A DNA stretch of 64,000 nt, from the NCBI GenBank assembly GCA_963737265.1, contig CAVTRY010000013.1:416001-480000 (forward strand), written 5' to 3'. How positions within the stretch are numbered: the stretch's first letter is position 1; the number at the start of each line of letters is the position of its first letter. Position numbers and translations under genes: made by a program. Positions 42,057-54,093 of the stretch are shown piece by piece. Below the pieces are notes generated by a model. The model was not told the origin of the DNA, searched no databases, and saw only the letters and a list, made by a program, of their open reading frames with translations. The DNA comes from an uncultured delta proteobacterium (GTDB taxonomy: Bacteria > Myxococcota_A > Polyangia > Fen-1088).

Positions 42057-43772
42057 TTATCCGTTGGTTTGAGAGGCTAGAGCGGAAATCGCCTTGCGCG
42101 CCTCCACGACCTCGGCTTGAGGCACGTCGGAAGGCGAGATTTGGTCGACGAATTCGGGGTAGCCGGGCAGACCCATTTCGGGAACATCGAGTCCGGCGAT
42201 TTCGACGTCGGCACTGACACGGTTGGATCCCAGGAGTTTGCCAATGATGAAGAAGGCCAGGCCGCCCACGAGGACGTTCCAAGCGATGCACACGACGACT
42301 TCGACCGCTTGAGCCGCAAGTTGTCGAGAATCGCCGTAGAAGAGGCCGGTCACGCCGCGCCCAACGACACCTAGATAGTCGGTGGCGCCGACGCCGTTCC
42401 AGCCTTGACCGTAGCTGCCATCGGCGAAGAGACCGACGGCAAGAACGCCCCACGCACCATTGACGCCGTGAACGCTGATGGCGCCGACGGGATCGTCGAC
42501 CTTGAGCTTGTCGAAGGCGAACACGCTGATGACGACGAGCACGCCGGCGACCGCGCCGATGATAAACGCGCCAACCGGGGTGACGAAAGCGCAGGGGGCC
42601 GTAATAGCAACCAGGCCGGCAAGCATGCTATTGCACATCATGGCTGGGTCAGGCTTGCCGTATCTAGCCCACATGTACAAGATTCCAGCGACGGTGGCCG
42701 ACATGCTAGCTATCATCGTGTTGGCCGCGACGATGCCGATGCGTCCGTCCGATCCAGCCAATGAGCTGCCCGCGTTGAAACCGAACCAGCCGAAGGCAAG
42801 AATGAACGTGCCAAGCTGAACCATGGGAATGTCATGCGGCAAAATCGGTTTGACCTTGCCATCCTTCCCGTATTTGCCAATACGGGGTCCAATCAGCGCG
42901 GCGGTAATAAAGGCCAAGGCGCCGCCTTGTAAGTGGACAACCCCCGATCCGGCGTAATCGACCACGCCGTGTCCAAGACCCATACGGTAGCCCAATTGGG
43001 CCAGCCAGCCGCCGCCCCACACCCAACAGCCGAACACCGGGTAGATGAACGCGCCCACGATGATGCTGAAGAGGAAGAAACTCTTGAAGCTCCACCTTTC
43101 AGCGCAAGCCCCGGTGACGATGGTCGCCGTGGTGTCCATGAAGACCATCATGAAGAGGAACAGCACGACGGCGGCGGCATCGTAGCCGTTGCCCGAGAGG
43201 AAGAACCCAGTCGTGCCGAGCAGGCCCCATCCGTGGTCGCCGTTGATGGCGGAGCCAAAGGTCAGCATGGAATGAAGGGTTGGCGTTCCGCCAAGGCTTG
43301 CCGGACCGCCAATCGCCGTGCCGTTGAGACCACCGCACATGAAGGCAAAGCCGCAGACGAAGAAGCCAAGCATGCCAAGGCCGTAGACCGCGAAGTTCAT
43401 AGAAAAGGTGTGCGCGGCGTTCTTGCCACGAATGAGGCCCGTTTCGACCAGGGCGAAGCCGGCCTGCATGAACATAACGAGGAAGCCGGCGATCAGCGTC
43501 CACACGAAGTTCACCGAGTAGATGCCGTGAGAAGCCGATTGCGCGACCGCATCGACGGCGACGGCGAGCTCCTTGCTGGTGGCCTTTTCCGGATCGGGCT
43601 TGGTGTAGCCCGGAACCGAAAACGCCGTGGGCGTGTTTTGGAACGTACCGATCTTGTCGGGCACCGGATCATCGGCCAGCGCGGTCGATGTTTCCACGCC
43701 CACCAAGACCCCGGCCAACGCCAGCGTGGCGAGCCATCGGCAACAGTAACGATTGCGAACTATGCGGAACAT
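42057..43772 (-). CDS. amt: Ammonium transporter
   Basis: FMQAGFALVE, DYAGSGVVH, WFGFNAGS, DDPVGAISVHG (twin His intact). Confidence 0.95.
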   Translation of the reverse strand: MFRIVRNRYCCRWLATLALAGVLVGVETSTALADDPVPDKIGTFQNTPTAFSVPGYTKPDPEKATSKELAVAVDAVAQSASHGIYSVNFVWTLIAGFLVMFMQAGFALVETGLIRGKNAAHTFSMNFAVYGLGMLGFFVCGFAFMCGGLNGTAIGGPASLGGTPTLHSMLTFGSAINGDHGWGLLGTTGFFLSGNGYDAAAVVLFLFMMVFMDTTATIVTGACAERWSFKSFFLFSIIVGAFIYPVFGCWVWGGGWLAQLGYRMGLGHGVVDYAGSGVVHLQGGALAFITAALIGPRIGKYGKDGKVKPILPHDIPMVQLGTFILAFGWFGFNAGSSLAGSDGRIGIVAANTMIASMSATVAGILYMWARYGKPDPAMMCNSMLAGLVAITAPCAFVTPVGAFIIGAVAGVLVVISVFAFDKLKVDDPVGAISVHGVNGAWGVLAVGLFADGSYGQGWNGVGATDYLGVVGRGVTGLFYGDSRQLAAQAVEVVVCIAWNVLVGGLAFFIIGKLLGSNRVSADVEIAGLDVPEMGLPGYPEFVDQISPSDVPQAEVVEARKAISALASQTNG

Positions 43773-43814
43773 GCGTACCCCCTTATTCGTTCTTTTGACT
43801 TGTTTCAGGCGCAA

Positions 43815-44006
43815 TCAAGGTTGCGTGCGGAACTTCCGTTTCAACCGGGTCGCCCACATGGCACCAAGCACCGCCCCGACTTGCATGATGAGGAAGAAGA
43901 CCAGGGTCGGAAGCCACAGGCGCTGCGTCTTGAAGAAGATGAACACCGTGATGACGGCGATGACGAGCTGAATGGCGCGAAAGGTTTTCTTGTATTGTTC
44001 CAACAT
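43815..44006 (-). CDS. Small two-TM membrane protein
   Basis: GAGG RBS, two hydrophobic helices, basic tail. Confidence 0.65.
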   Translation of the reverse strand: MLEQYKKTFRAIQLVIAVITVFIFFKTQRLWLPTLVFFLIMQVGAVLGAMWATRLKRKFRTQP

Positions 44007-44049
44007 GGTTCCTCGGTGGCGGCGATTGAAGCCTTCACCATTTTCCTAG

Positions 44050-44066
44050 AGCAATGTCGGTGCCGA
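44050..44066 (-). promoter_or_regulatory. Sigma54 -24/-12 promoter
   Basis: Minus strand TCGGCAC-CGACA-TTGCT (GG-N10-GC), about 45 nt upstream of the small ORF/amt operon. Confidence 0.7.
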
Positions 44067-44363
44067 GAATCGGCTGCAAAAGCGATGGGCACATGATTCC
44101 GCGCCCTTGCACGGCTCAATGCAGTCGCGGTTACAACGCGAACGCGCGATGGAAACCGGCCCGAAATCTCAAGGCTATTGCGGCGAATTGTCGCGTGGTG
44201 GTGGTTTGGCAAAGTGCCAGCGAGGGTTTGCTTTCTGCCAAAACGAGGGAGTCGGAGGGCCGCGTAGGAGCGTGGACGTCGGTGAACGGGATTGCACCCG
44301 GACCCGGCCGAGCAAAGGCGGCAGGTGTCGATGTGAACTTCAGGAGGGAACCATGACCGAAGT

Positions 44364-44531
44364 GCAGACGAGCCTGAACGACTCTCGTCCCACGAGTTCA
44401 CGGAGGATCGTCTTCGCCGGCTCGTTCGTGAAGGGATCGAGAAAGAAATCATCACGATCGGACGAGGTGCTGAGATTCTAGGGCTCAGCCTTGTTCACAT
44501 GAGGGAGCTCGTCGCCGCGTGGGTCGAGTGA
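44364..44531 (+). pseudogene. C-terminal fragment resembling XRE-ImmA/IrrE family proteins
   Basis: ADEPERLSSHEFTEDRLRRLVREGIEKEIITIGRGAEILGLSLVHMRELVAAWVE*; no start. Confidence 0.55.
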
Positions 44532-44534
44532 CAG

Positions 44535-44699
44535 ATGGCTGCTTCTGCGTCCAGCTTCTTGATCCTGGACGCAAATGTGCTGATCGACTATTGCGCTGCC
44601 GACAGGACCGTCTTGACGCTCGTTTCCCAACACGTTGGACGCATTCATGTCCCTTCTGTGCTACTAGTCCAGTCAGCAATTTCTAAGTCATCGAAGTAG
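44535..44699 (+). pseudogene. N-terminal PIN-domain fragment
   Basis: MAASASSFLILDANVLIDYCAADRTVLTLVSQHVGRIHVP, runs into the duplicated vapC segment. Confidence 0.6.
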
Positions 44700-44783
44700 T
44701 CGCTCTTCGACATTCTCAGAGTGTACATCTATTTGTACATCTGGCAAGGTGTTCCTTCGACGCTGCCGAACAAGCCGTTGAAG
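44667..44783. repeat. Internally deleted copy of the vapBC cassette
   Basis: 44667-44699 equals 33761-33793 and 44702-44783 equals 34437-34518. Confidence 0.95.
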
Positions 44784-44827
44784 ACTGGAGAGCCCAGGGT
44801 AATCGGCTACCTCTTTGTATCTTGGTG

Positions 44828-45268
44828 CTAGTAAGAGGCCGTGTTCACCATCCACGCGGAGAAGGCGCGCAGGAACGTGCGAAAGCCTTCGAGGTGCTCC
44901 GCGGGAAACCCATAGTCCGTCGTTGCCTTGGCCAAAACCCGCTCGAAACAGCCGAGCCATTCCTCGCGCGCTTGAGGCGTGATCGGGAAGGGCAGGTGGC
45001 GCGCGCGCATGCGGGGCGGACCACGCAGGTCGGAGTATTCCGGCGGACCGCCGAGAATTTGCACGAAAAATGCCGCGGATTTTTGCGAGCTTTTGGCCAG
45101 ATTCTTGGGAAACATGGCGCTGATGGGCGACGCCCCCAGCTCGCGATAGAAATCTTCGATCATGCGGTAGATGTTGTCGCGACCCATGGCGGGATAAATT
45201 TCCCGGCTGGGCCCCGCAATTTCGCCTGGGTTTACCTGCGGAACAAAGACCTCGCGCTGGTCTCGCAT
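44828..45268 (-). CDS. Group II truncated hemoglobin-like protein
   Basis: DFY, FFVQILGGPPEY, RMRARHLPFPI, WLGCF. Confidence 0.88.
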   Translation of the reverse strand: MRDQREVFVPQVNPGEIAGPSREIYPAMGRDNIYRMIEDFYRELGASPISAMFPKNLAKSSQKSAAFFVQILGGPPEYSDLRGPPRMRARHLPFPITPQAREEWLGCFERVLAKATTDYGFPAEHLEGFRTFLRAFSAWMVNTASY

Positions 45269-45329
45269 GATGGAAACCTAGCGCGAATTCGGGTTCGCGG
45301 CGCCCTTCGCGAGGAAGATTGGAAGATAA

Positions 45330-46886
45330 TCAGCTTTCCGGCGAAGGTGGCTCGGTCACTGCGGGCTCGGCGCTGGCGGGCTCTGCCGCTGGCTGGGGAT
45401 GAGGATGGCGAAGCAATTCGCGGGCGGCGTCGCGCGCGGCCTGCACCTGAACCAGCTTGCACGCCCCGCACAGCGACGGCGCGGCCCAGTTGCCGAGGTG
45501 GGTTTGTAGCTGGCTTTCGGGCGGCCAGAAGATCGGCGTGCCACACTGGACGCATGGGATTTCCTGGGTCTTTCGATTGGCCAGGAACTCGGCGCAGGCC
45601 GAACAGCGCCGTTCGGGCGGCTGTACTTCGCGCTTCCGCTTGCGCTTGTTCTTCTTGCCCTTCCCTGGTACGTCCGCACTTCCGGCCGCAGGAGGTGCGG
45701 CGTGCGTGCCGAGATCCGCGACTTCGGCCTCCGCCGGTGCGCTGGCAGGCAGTGCGGAAATCTCCACGATCTCCACGACTGAGGCGGGCAATGCCTCGGT
45801 GGCAGAGGTGGCCTGCTCGGGTTCTTTGAGCTTGGGCCGCACGCCAGCGGCGAGCTGCTGCTCCTTGGTCCAGGTCCACGTCCCCGGGCAGTGATCGGTC
45901 CGGCAGGAAATCTCGCGATCCTCGAGGTCGCCAAGCTCTTTTTCGCAGTTGGTGCACAGATGTGGATAGGGATCGCCGGTTTTGCCTCGCACGGCCCGCG
46001 CGAGCTGGGCGCCGCGCTTGTCCATCCAGGTTCCCTTGCAGCTCGAACGGCGGCAGGGGCGCTCCACGTCCCGTAGCGTGCTCCACAGGTCGAAGCAGCG
46101 CTGGCACATTTGCGACGGCGCTTTGGGCGCCGGCTTGTCCGCGGCGCAGGCATCGAGCTGGTCGAAGCGCGACCAGGTCCAGGTGTTCTTGCAGCCCGAG
46201 GTCCGGCAGCGCACCTCGCGGTCGGGTAGCTTGCCGAAGCCGGCCCGGCAGGTATCGCACATGCGGCGGGGCGGCTCGTTGGGTTTGCCGGCCGCGAACG
46301 CCGCGATCTGATCGTCGGCTTTCCAGATCCATTTGCGCGAGCAACCGTTGATACCGCAGTTGACTTGGCGATCTTTGATCCTTCGCGCTACCTGGTCACA
46401 GGGCTCACAAAGGTATCCGGTGAACGTCACGGTACCAGCCTTGGGCGGCTCGGGCGGCGTTTCGGGCTGCCCATGAGACACGAGTTGTTGCTGTTTGGTC
46501 AGCAGCGCCGAGCGCGTGCATCCGGGTACCGCGCACGGGATTTCTTTGTCCTCTAGCGTATCGAGGAGCGACCGGCAGGCCGTGCACAGGCTCTTCGGCG
46601 GCGGCCGGTCCGCGGCAAAGGCTTCGAGCTGGGCCGCCGCGGTCCAGGTCCAGGTCCCGGTGCAGCCCGCGCGATCGCATCGCCGTTCGACGTCGGCGAC
46701 CCGGCGAGATTTCTCTCGGCAGGGCTCGCACATGCCTTCGGTCGCGGGATCTCCGTCGGACGCCCCCCTTCCGAGACCGAATGCCTTGTTGGAAAGTTGG
46801 AGCCAGGTTCGTCTGCACCCAGGCACACGGCAAGGGAAAGACTTGGCACCCAACCTATCTGCGAGTGTGAATGTTCCTGCGGCCAT
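45330..46886 (-). CDS. Protein with eight tandem zinc-ribbon-like repeats
   Basis: Repeated CxxxGC...WxW...Q...P...CxxC units. Confidence 0.85.
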   Translation of the reverse strand: MAAGTFTLADRLGAKSFPCRVPGCRRTWLQLSNKAFGLGRGASDGDPATEGMCEPCREKSRRVADVERRCDRAGCTGTWTWTAAAQLEAFAADRPPPKSLCTACRSLLDTLEDKEIPCAVPGCTRSALLTKQQQLVSHGQPETPPEPPKAGTVTFTGYLCEPCDQVARRIKDRQVNCGINGCSRKWIWKADDQIAAFAAGKPNEPPRRMCDTCRAGFGKLPDREVRCRTSGCKNTWTWSRFDQLDACAADKPAPKAPSQMCQRCFDLWSTLRDVERPCRRSSCKGTWMDKRGAQLARAVRGKTGDPYPHLCTNCEKELGDLEDREISCRTDHCPGTWTWTKEQQLAAGVRPKLKEPEQATSATEALPASVVEIVEISALPASAPAEAEVADLGTHAAPPAAGSADVPGKGKKNKRKRKREVQPPERRCSACAEFLANRKTQEIPCVQCGTPIFWPPESQLQTHLGNWAAPSLCGACKLVQVQAARDAARELLRHPHPQPAAEPASAEPAVTEPPSPES

Positions 46887-47015
46887 AGGAAGTTTCGTAT
46901 CGTGGCAACAACGGTTCGCCAAGGCAAGCAGCAATTCGGTAATTTGTGCGGGGCAAAAAATCGACGTTTCGGGTTGACGTGGTGGGCATGCTCTCTTCAT
47001 TCTTGGGCGCTTGCC

Positions 47016-48404
47016 ATGCAGATCACGATTGAAGACATCTCTCCGGTAGAAAAACGCGTCGATTTCGAAGTTCCGTGGGCTGACGTCGCCGCCAGGTTGG
47101 ATAAGGCCTACGACAAGCTTCGCCGCGAGGCCAGGCTCAAGGGCTTCCGCCCGGGCAAGGTACCGCGTCAAGTGGTGGAGAAGCTCTACAAGAGCCGCGT
47201 TGAAGACGATGTCTCGCGCGAGGTGGTCGAGCTGGCCATCACGCAGGCCGTCCAGGAAAAGCAGATTGCGCCCATCGTTCCGCCGACGATCGACAAGCTG
47301 GAGCTCAAGATCGGCGAGCCGCTCAGGTTCTCCGCGCGCGTCGAAATCCGCTCGCAGTTCACGCCGAAAGACTACACCGGCGTGCGCGTTGCGCGCCGGC
47401 CGGCCAAGGTCAGCGAAGAGCAGATAGACAAGGCATTGGAAGGCTACCAGCGCCGCTTCACCGAGCTCAAGCCGGTGGAGGATCGTAAGGAAACTGCCGC
47501 CAACGACATCCTCACCGCCGAGGTTCACGGCAAGGTCGGCGACCACAAGGTCAAGACCCGCATCATCACCGTCGACCTGGCCGACCCGAACGCTGGTGGA
47601 GTGCCCGGTCTGGCCGAGCGGCTGGTTGGGGTTGCCGTCGATGCCCAGGGCCTCGAAATCAAGTATCAGGTTCCCGCGGATTCGCCCGTCAAAGGCCTGG
47701 CCGGCAGAGATGTCAGCCTGCGCATCTCAATCAAGGAGGTGCGTGGTCGCAAGGTACCGGCGCTCGACGACGAGCTGGCCAAGGATACTGGCGAGTCCGA
47801 CACCTTGGCCGACCTTCGCAACAAGGTGCGCGAGCGGCTGGTTGAAGCCGAAAACCAGCGCATCAAGCGCGAGATGGGAGCCGCGCTGGTCAAGGAGATC
47901 GCCAAGATCAATGCGTTCCCGGTGGCGCCGTCGTTGGTGGAGCGGTACGCGGAAGACATGGTCATCCGCGCCAAGTCTCAGCTTATGATAATGGGCATCG
48001 ACGTGGAAACCGGCGGCTTCAACGAGGCCGAAATGCTGAAAGAGGTTCGTGGCGAGGCCGAGGACGAGGCAAGGTCCAACATCCTGGTCCAAGCCATCGC
48101 CGAGCGCGAGAGCATCGAGGCTAGCGAGGGCGACGTACAAAAACGCATCGCCGAGATCGCCGCTGCCAGGCAGGAGAGCGCGAAGAAGCTGCGCGCCGAG
48201 CTCGAACACAACGGCCGCATCGGCGGGGTCAAGGCGCAGATCGTTTTCGAGAAGACAGTTGATATGTTGCTTGGCCAGGCTAAGATCGTCGACGAAGATC
48301 CCGACAGCCTGATTATCAAGCCCGGCGAGGCCGGTGGACAGCGACTTATCGTTACGCTCGAGGAGGCCGCCGCCCTTGCGGCGCAACACGCGAATAGGAA
48401 ATGA
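47016..48404 (+). CDS. tig: Trigger factor
   Basis: GFRPGKVP signature, PALDDELA; precedes clpP. Confidence 0.93.
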   Translation: MQITIEDISPVEKRVDFEVPWADVAARLDKAYDKLRREARLKGFRPGKVPRQVVEKLYKSRVEDDVSREVVELAITQAVQEKQIAPIVPPTIDKLELKIGEPLRFSARVEIRSQFTPKDYTGVRVARRPAKVSEEQIDKALEGYQRRFTELKPVEDRKETAANDILTAEVHGKVGDHKVKTRIITVDLADPNAGGVPGLAERLVGVAVDAQGLEIKYQVPADSPVKGLAGRDVSLRISIKEVRGRKVPALDDELAKDTGESDTLADLRNKVRERLVEAENQRIKREMGAALVKEIAKINAFPVAPSLVERYAEDMVIRAKSQLMIMGIDVETGGFNEAEMLKEVRGEAEDEARSNILVQAIAERESIEASEGDVQKRIAEIAAARQESAKKLRAELEHNGRIGGVKAQIVFEKTVDMLLGQAKIVDEDPDSLIIKPGEAGGQRLIVTLEEAAALAAQHANRK

Positions 48405-49060
48405 CAGCCATGCGAAATCCCGACCACGCGTCGTCTGAGCTACCGTCCGCCATCCGCAATATGATCATCCCCACGGTCATCGAGCAGACCCACCGCGGGG
48501 AGCGCGGCTGGGACATCTTCTCGCGTTTGCTCAAGGACCGCATCGTGTTCCTCGGCACGGGAGTGGACGACCAAATCGCCAACATCGTCATCGCGCAGCT
48601 GCTGTTCCTTGAGTCCGAGGATCCGGACAAGGACATCATGCTCTACATCAACTCGCCGGGCGGGATGGTGACTGCCGGGATGGCGATTTACGATACGATG
48701 CAGTATGTGCGTCCCGATGTGGCAACCTTTTGCATGGGCCAGGCAGCGTCGATGGGTGCGTTTTTGCTCGCCGCTGGCGCCAAGGGCAAGCGCTTCAGCC
48801 TGCCGCACTCGCGCATTTTGATTCACCAGCCGCTGGGAGGCTTCTCGGGCCAGGCCACCGATGTCGACATCCACGCGCGCGAAATCCTGCGCACGCGAGA
48901 CAACTTGAATCAGCTTCTGGTCCAGCACACGGGCCAGTCCATCGAGCGCATCAAGAACGACACCGAGCGCGACTACTTCATGAGCCCCGGCGAAGCCAAG
49001 GAATATGGCATCGTCGACGAAGTCCTCGTCCACAAGCACACGAAGGACAAAGACAAGTAG
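48401..49060 (+). CDS. clpP: Clp protease proteolytic subunit
   Basis: YINSPGG, GQAASMG, IHQP; start may be 48461. Confidence 0.97.
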   Translation: MTAMRNPDHASSELPSAIRNMIIPTVIEQTHRGERGWDIFSRLLKDRIVFLGTGVDDQIANIVIAQLLFLESEDPDKDIMLYINSPGGMVTAGMAIYDTMQYVRPDVATFCMGQAASMGAFLLAAGAKGKRFSLPHSRILIHQPLGGFSGQATDVDIHAREILRTRDNLNQLLVQHTGQSIERIKNDTERDYFMSPGEAKEYGIVDEVLVHKHTKDKDK

Positions 49061-49181
49061 ACGTCTCATGACACAAGAAATCGTCGCACGACGGACGAAT
49101 CTCGGAAATCGCAGAATAGCCGCGTCGCCTGGGGCGCAGACGCCGGTGGCAGTGACGGCCACCTGGTGCTAGTTTAGTTCG

Positions 49182-50456
<1,275 letters not shown>

Positions 50457-50670
50457 CCAGCGCGCTGCGCTAAGCGCCTCCTCTTCTATCCCATCTCAGA
50501 TTCTTCGCGTAGCGCGACGCCGTCGGCGAGGCATCACGTGGCCGTCGCCCGGCGCACCAGGAATGCCCAACTCGCAAAGGTGTTTTGCCCTACTTGCACA
50601 AGGTCGTGCCCGGCGAAACTCGCAGAAATTGGCTGTTGCGATCGGCCGTTGATACGATCCCTTCAATTCC

Positions 50671-53247
50671 GTGGCGTCCATCCGGCCGCCGGAAAGGGAT
50701 CCCGTGCCCAATCATCGAGAAGACGAACCTACCCTGAAGCGCGTTCCATTGCTGCCCCTGCGCGACATCGTGATTTTTCCCCACATGGTCGTGCCGCTTT
50801 TCGTGGGGCGTGAAAAGTCGCTCGGCGCCCTGGGCGAGGTGACAGCGCGTGGCGAGAATCAGGAGATCTTTCTTTCCGCTCAGCGCTGGCCCGAAACCCA
50901 CGAGCCCACGCCGGAAGACATCTTTCTCGTTGGTACCCTGGCCAATTTGATCCAGGTGCTGCGCTTGCCCGACGGGACGGTGAAGGTGCTGGTGGAAGGC
51001 AAGCGCCGCGCGACCATTCGCAATTTCGTCGAGGCCGAGGGGTTTCTGGCCGTGGAAGTCGAGGAGGTGCCTGAGATTGACGAGCGCTCGGCCGAAACCT
51101 CCGCGGCCGGACGCGCTCTGTTGGCTGCCTTCGAAGGCTACATCAAGCTCAGCAAAGGCTTGGCGCCGGAGCTCATGGAATCGGTGCACTCCATCGAGTC
51201 GGCGGGCGAGCTGGCGGACACCGTCGCTGGCCAGCTTCAGCTCAAGCTGCCGAACCGGCAAGCCCTGCTCGAAATGGCACGTCCGCTTGACCGCCTTCTG
51301 CGCTTGACCGAGCTGCTCAAGTCGGAGATCGAGATTCTGCAGGCCGAGCGCAAGCTGCGCGCACGTCCCAGGCGCGACAAGCGCCGCGAAGAGCCCTTCG
51401 TCAGCGATCCCGCGCTGGCCGCGCCGAAGCAGATGAGCGAGCGCGACGAATTAAAGAACGAGCTGGCCGAGCTGGAAGAGAAGGCGGCGGCGGTCAAGCT
51501 TTCGGCCGAGGCGGCGAGCAAGGTCAAAAAGGAGATCAAGAAGCTGCGGCTCATGGCCCCGATGTCGGCGGAGGCCTCGGTGGTCCGCAGCTACATCGAC
51601 TGGGTGCTGGCGCTGCCTTGGGGCGTGCGCACGGAAGACCGTTTGGACGTCGCGGAAGCCGAGCGCGTGCTCGACCAAGACCATTTCGGCCTGCACAAGG
51701 TGAAGGAACGCATCCTCGAATACTTGGCGGTGCAGGCACTGGTGAAGAAACAGAAAGGTCCCATCCTGTGTCTCGTCGGTCCACCCGGCGTGGGCAAGAC
51801 GTCGCTGGCGCAATCTATCGCGCGCGCCACGGGACGCCGTTTCGTACGCCTGGCCTTGGGTGGCGTGCGTGACGAAGCGGAAATTCGCGGGCATCGGCGC
51901 ACGTACATCGGAGCGCTGCCGGGCAAGATCATTCAGTCGCTCAAGAAGGCGGGCAGTACCAATCCCGTGTTCCTGCTCGACGAGGTCGACAAGATGTCGG
52001 CCGATTTTCGCGGCGATCCTTCGGCGGCGCTGCTCGAGGTTCTGGATCCGGAGCAGAACAACAGCTTCGCCGACCACTACCTGGACTTGGACTACGACCT
52101 GTCCGACGTCATGTTCATCACCACCGCGAACTACATGCAGGGCATCCCGGTGCCGCTGCAAGATCGCATGGAGATTGTGCATATTCCCGGCTACACCGAG
52201 TTCGAGAAGCTTGCCATTGCCGAGCGCTACCTTCTTGCCAAGCAAAAGCGCGAGCACGGTCTTGCCGACCTTGCCATCGAGATTCCGGAGGAAACCCTGC
52301 GCACGCTCATCCAGAGCTACACCAAGGAAGCTGGCGTGCGCAGCCTGGAACGGGAGATCGCCTCGATTTGCCGAAAAATCGCCCGTGAGTACTTGGCCGA
52401 CCGGAGCGTCACGGCATGGAAGGTCACGCCCAAGCGCCTGACCAAGTACCTCGGCCCGCAACGCTTCCGCATGGGGCAGCAACAAATCAGCGACGAGATT
52501 GGCCTCGCCAACGGCCTTGCGGTGACTTCGCATGGCGGCGATCTGCTCGTGACCGAAGTCTCCATCGTGGCGGGAAAGGGCAAGCTCGTGCTGACCGGCC
52601 AGCTCGGCGATGTCATGCAGGAGTCGGCGCAGGCCGCGATTAGCTACATTCGCTCGCGCGCGCCTTCGCTCGGCATCGACCGCGACTTCTACTCGCGCGC
52701 CGACATCCACGTGCACCTGCCCGAGGGCGCGATTCCCAAGGACGGGCCGTCGGCGGGAATCACCATCTGTACCGCGATGGTATCGGCGCTCTTGCGCGCG
52801 AAGGTTCGCCGCGACGTGGCGATGACCGGTGAGATCACGCTCCGCGGACGCGTGCTGCCCATCGGCGGCCTCAAGGAAAAGATTCTGGCCGCCCATCGCG
52901 GCGGGATCTCGACGGTGCTATTTCCCAAGGATAACGCCAAAGACCTGCGCGACATACCCAAACGTGTGCTGAAGGTGCTGCATCTCGTACCGGTCGGGCA
53001 CATGGACGAAGTCCTGCGTGCCGCGTTGGCGCTGGGCGAACCTGGCGCCTTTCTCAAAGAGCCGTCGGTCGCCGTTGACTGGCGCATCGCCACCGAGCGA
53101 CGCGGTGGCGAGCGGCGAGGCCTGGACTCGCTTATGCCGGCGGCAAGTTCGGTTCCGCCTGAGCCCGGCTCGTCAGACGAGTTGGTTCCCACGGCGGGCT
53201 GCCGAGCCCAGCGAGCTGGCGGGGCATCCGGTCCAGAAATGTTGTAG
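50671..53247 (+). CDS. lon: Lon protease
   Basis: [30 protein letters not shown]; start uncertain. Confidence 0.96.
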   Translation: MASIRPPERDPVPNHREDEPTLKRVPLLPLRDIVIFPHMVVPLFVGREKSLGALGEVTARGENQEIFLSAQRWPETHEPTPEDIFLVGTLANLIQVLRLPDGTVKVLVEGKRRATIRNFVEAEGFLAVEVEEVPEIDERSAETSAAGRALLAAFEGYIKLSKGLAPELMESVHSIESAGELADTVAGQLQLKLPNRQALLEMARPLDRLLRLTELLKSEIEILQAERKLRARPRRDKRREEPFVSDPALAAPKQMSERDELKNELAELEEKAAAVKLSAEAASKVKKEIKKLRLMAPMSAEASVVRSYIDWVLALPWGVRTEDRLDVAEAERVLDQDHFGLHKVKERILEYLAVQALVKKQKGPILCLVGPPGVGKTSLAQSIARATGRRFVRLALGGVRDEAEIRGHRRTYIGALPGKIIQSLKKAGSTNPVFLLDEVDKMSADFRGDPSAALLEVLDPEQNNSFADHYLDLDYDLSDVMFITTANYMQGIPVPLQDRMEIVHIPGYTEFEKLAIAERYLLAKQKREHGLADLAIEIPEETLRTLIQSYTKEAGVRSLEREIASICRKIAREYLADRSVTAWKVTPKRLTKYLGPQRFRMGQQQISDEIGLANGLAVTSHGGDLLVTEVSIVAGKGKLVLTGQLGDVMQESAQAAISYIRSRAPSLGIDRDFYSRADIHVHLPEGAIPKDGPSAGITICTAMVSALLRAKVRRDVAMTGEITLRGRVLPIGGLKEKILAAHRGGISTVLFPKDNAKDLRDIPKRVLKVLHLVPVGHMDEVLRAALALGEPGAFLKEPSVAVDWRIATERRGGERRGLDSLMPAASSVPPEPGSSDELVPTAGCRAQRAGGASGPEML

Positions 53248-53262
53248 AAACAGCCCGGTTTC

Positions 53263-53348
53263 GGAGGAGTGGCCGAGCGGTCGAAGGCGACGGTCTTGAA
53301 AACCGTAGTGCCCCAAAGGCACCAAGGGTTCGAATCCCTTCTCCTCCT
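53263..53348 (+). tRNA. tRNA-Ser(TGA)
   Basis: GGAGGAG/CTCCTCC acceptor stem, acggt-ctTGAaa-accgt, long variable arm, GTTCGAAT. Confidence 0.95.
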
Positions 53349-53426
53349 CTAACTTTCGCTTCCCCAATGGAGGACTTGAGATCCGACTCAAACTCAAGTA
53401 GTACCAAGCAGCTTCCTAATAACCTT

Positions 53427-53517
53427 GGAGAGGTGGCCGAGAGGCCGAAGGCGGCGGTTTGCTAAACCGTTATACGGGCTAAAACCTGTATCGTGAGTTC
53501 GAATCTCACCCTCTCCG
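53427..53517 (+). tRNA. tRNA-Ser(GCT)
   Basis: GGAGAGG/CCTCTCC acceptor stem, gcggt-ttGCTaa-accgt, long variable arm. Confidence 0.95.
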
Positions 53518-53575
53518 CAAATTTCGGCTCGATTGCGCGTCGGGCTTTATCTTGGCCGGAAGGGTCTGGAGCTAC

Positions 53576-54037
53576 ATGACGAAGAAATTTCTTGTGTGGG
53601 CGACTGCCGGTTTGGCTCTTCTTGCGGCTGCATGCAACGGCGGCGGCATGACGGTCAATCTCGGTTCGGGCGGCGCGGGCGCCAGGTCTGGCGGGGCGGG
53701 CGGTTTCGCGTTCTCGCTGCCCGACGGCGGGCTTGCGGCGCTTTTGGGGGGAGGTGGCGTGACGTCAGGCGGTCTGGCGGGCATGGTCATCTGCGGGCCA
53801 GCGGCGAAACTGGGCGCCAAGTGCTCGGGCGCCGTGCCGGGTTGTGTCCTACCGAGCCTGGGAGGTGTCTGCGTCTGTCTCTCGGGAACCTATCTATGTC
53901 CGGTGAACACCGCGGCTGGGCCCACCGCTTGTCCGCCGGCTGCGGCGACGGGGAACGCCTGCACCTCGCCGCTTTCGGCCTGCATTGGTGGTGTGGCCGG
54001 CTGCATCTGCGGTCTCGGTACCTACTTCTGCCTCTAG
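53576..54037 (+). CDS. Cys-rich lipoprotein
   Basis: Lipobox LAAAC; two copies of a GxxC...C...GGxCxCxxGTYxC module. Confidence 0.75.
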   Translation: MTKKFLVWATAGLALLAAACNGGGMTVNLGSGGAGARSGGAGGFAFSLPDGGLAALLGGGGVTSGGLAGMVICGPAAKLGAKCSGAVPGCVLPSLGGVCVCLSGTYLCPVNTAAGPTACPPAAATGNACTSPLSACIGGVAGCICGLGTYFCL

Positions 54038-54093
54038 CCTCCTAGTGCCTCGACTGCGCCGGAGCGGCTGAGCTGGGCGGCGGCCTTGCTTCT

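Noticed and set aside
44107-44123. NtrC-type enhancer TGCAC...TGCA
   Set aside because: Spacing is one base short of consensus
45330-47546. 738-aa ORF as listed
   Set aside because: The first 220 aa are antisense to tig; the real start is 46886
53263-53517. Island integrated at tRNA-Ser or a selenocysteine tRNA
   Set aside because: No integrase or repeated tRNA 3' end in the window; anticodons TGA and GCT are ordinary Ser; U at position 73 noted but minor
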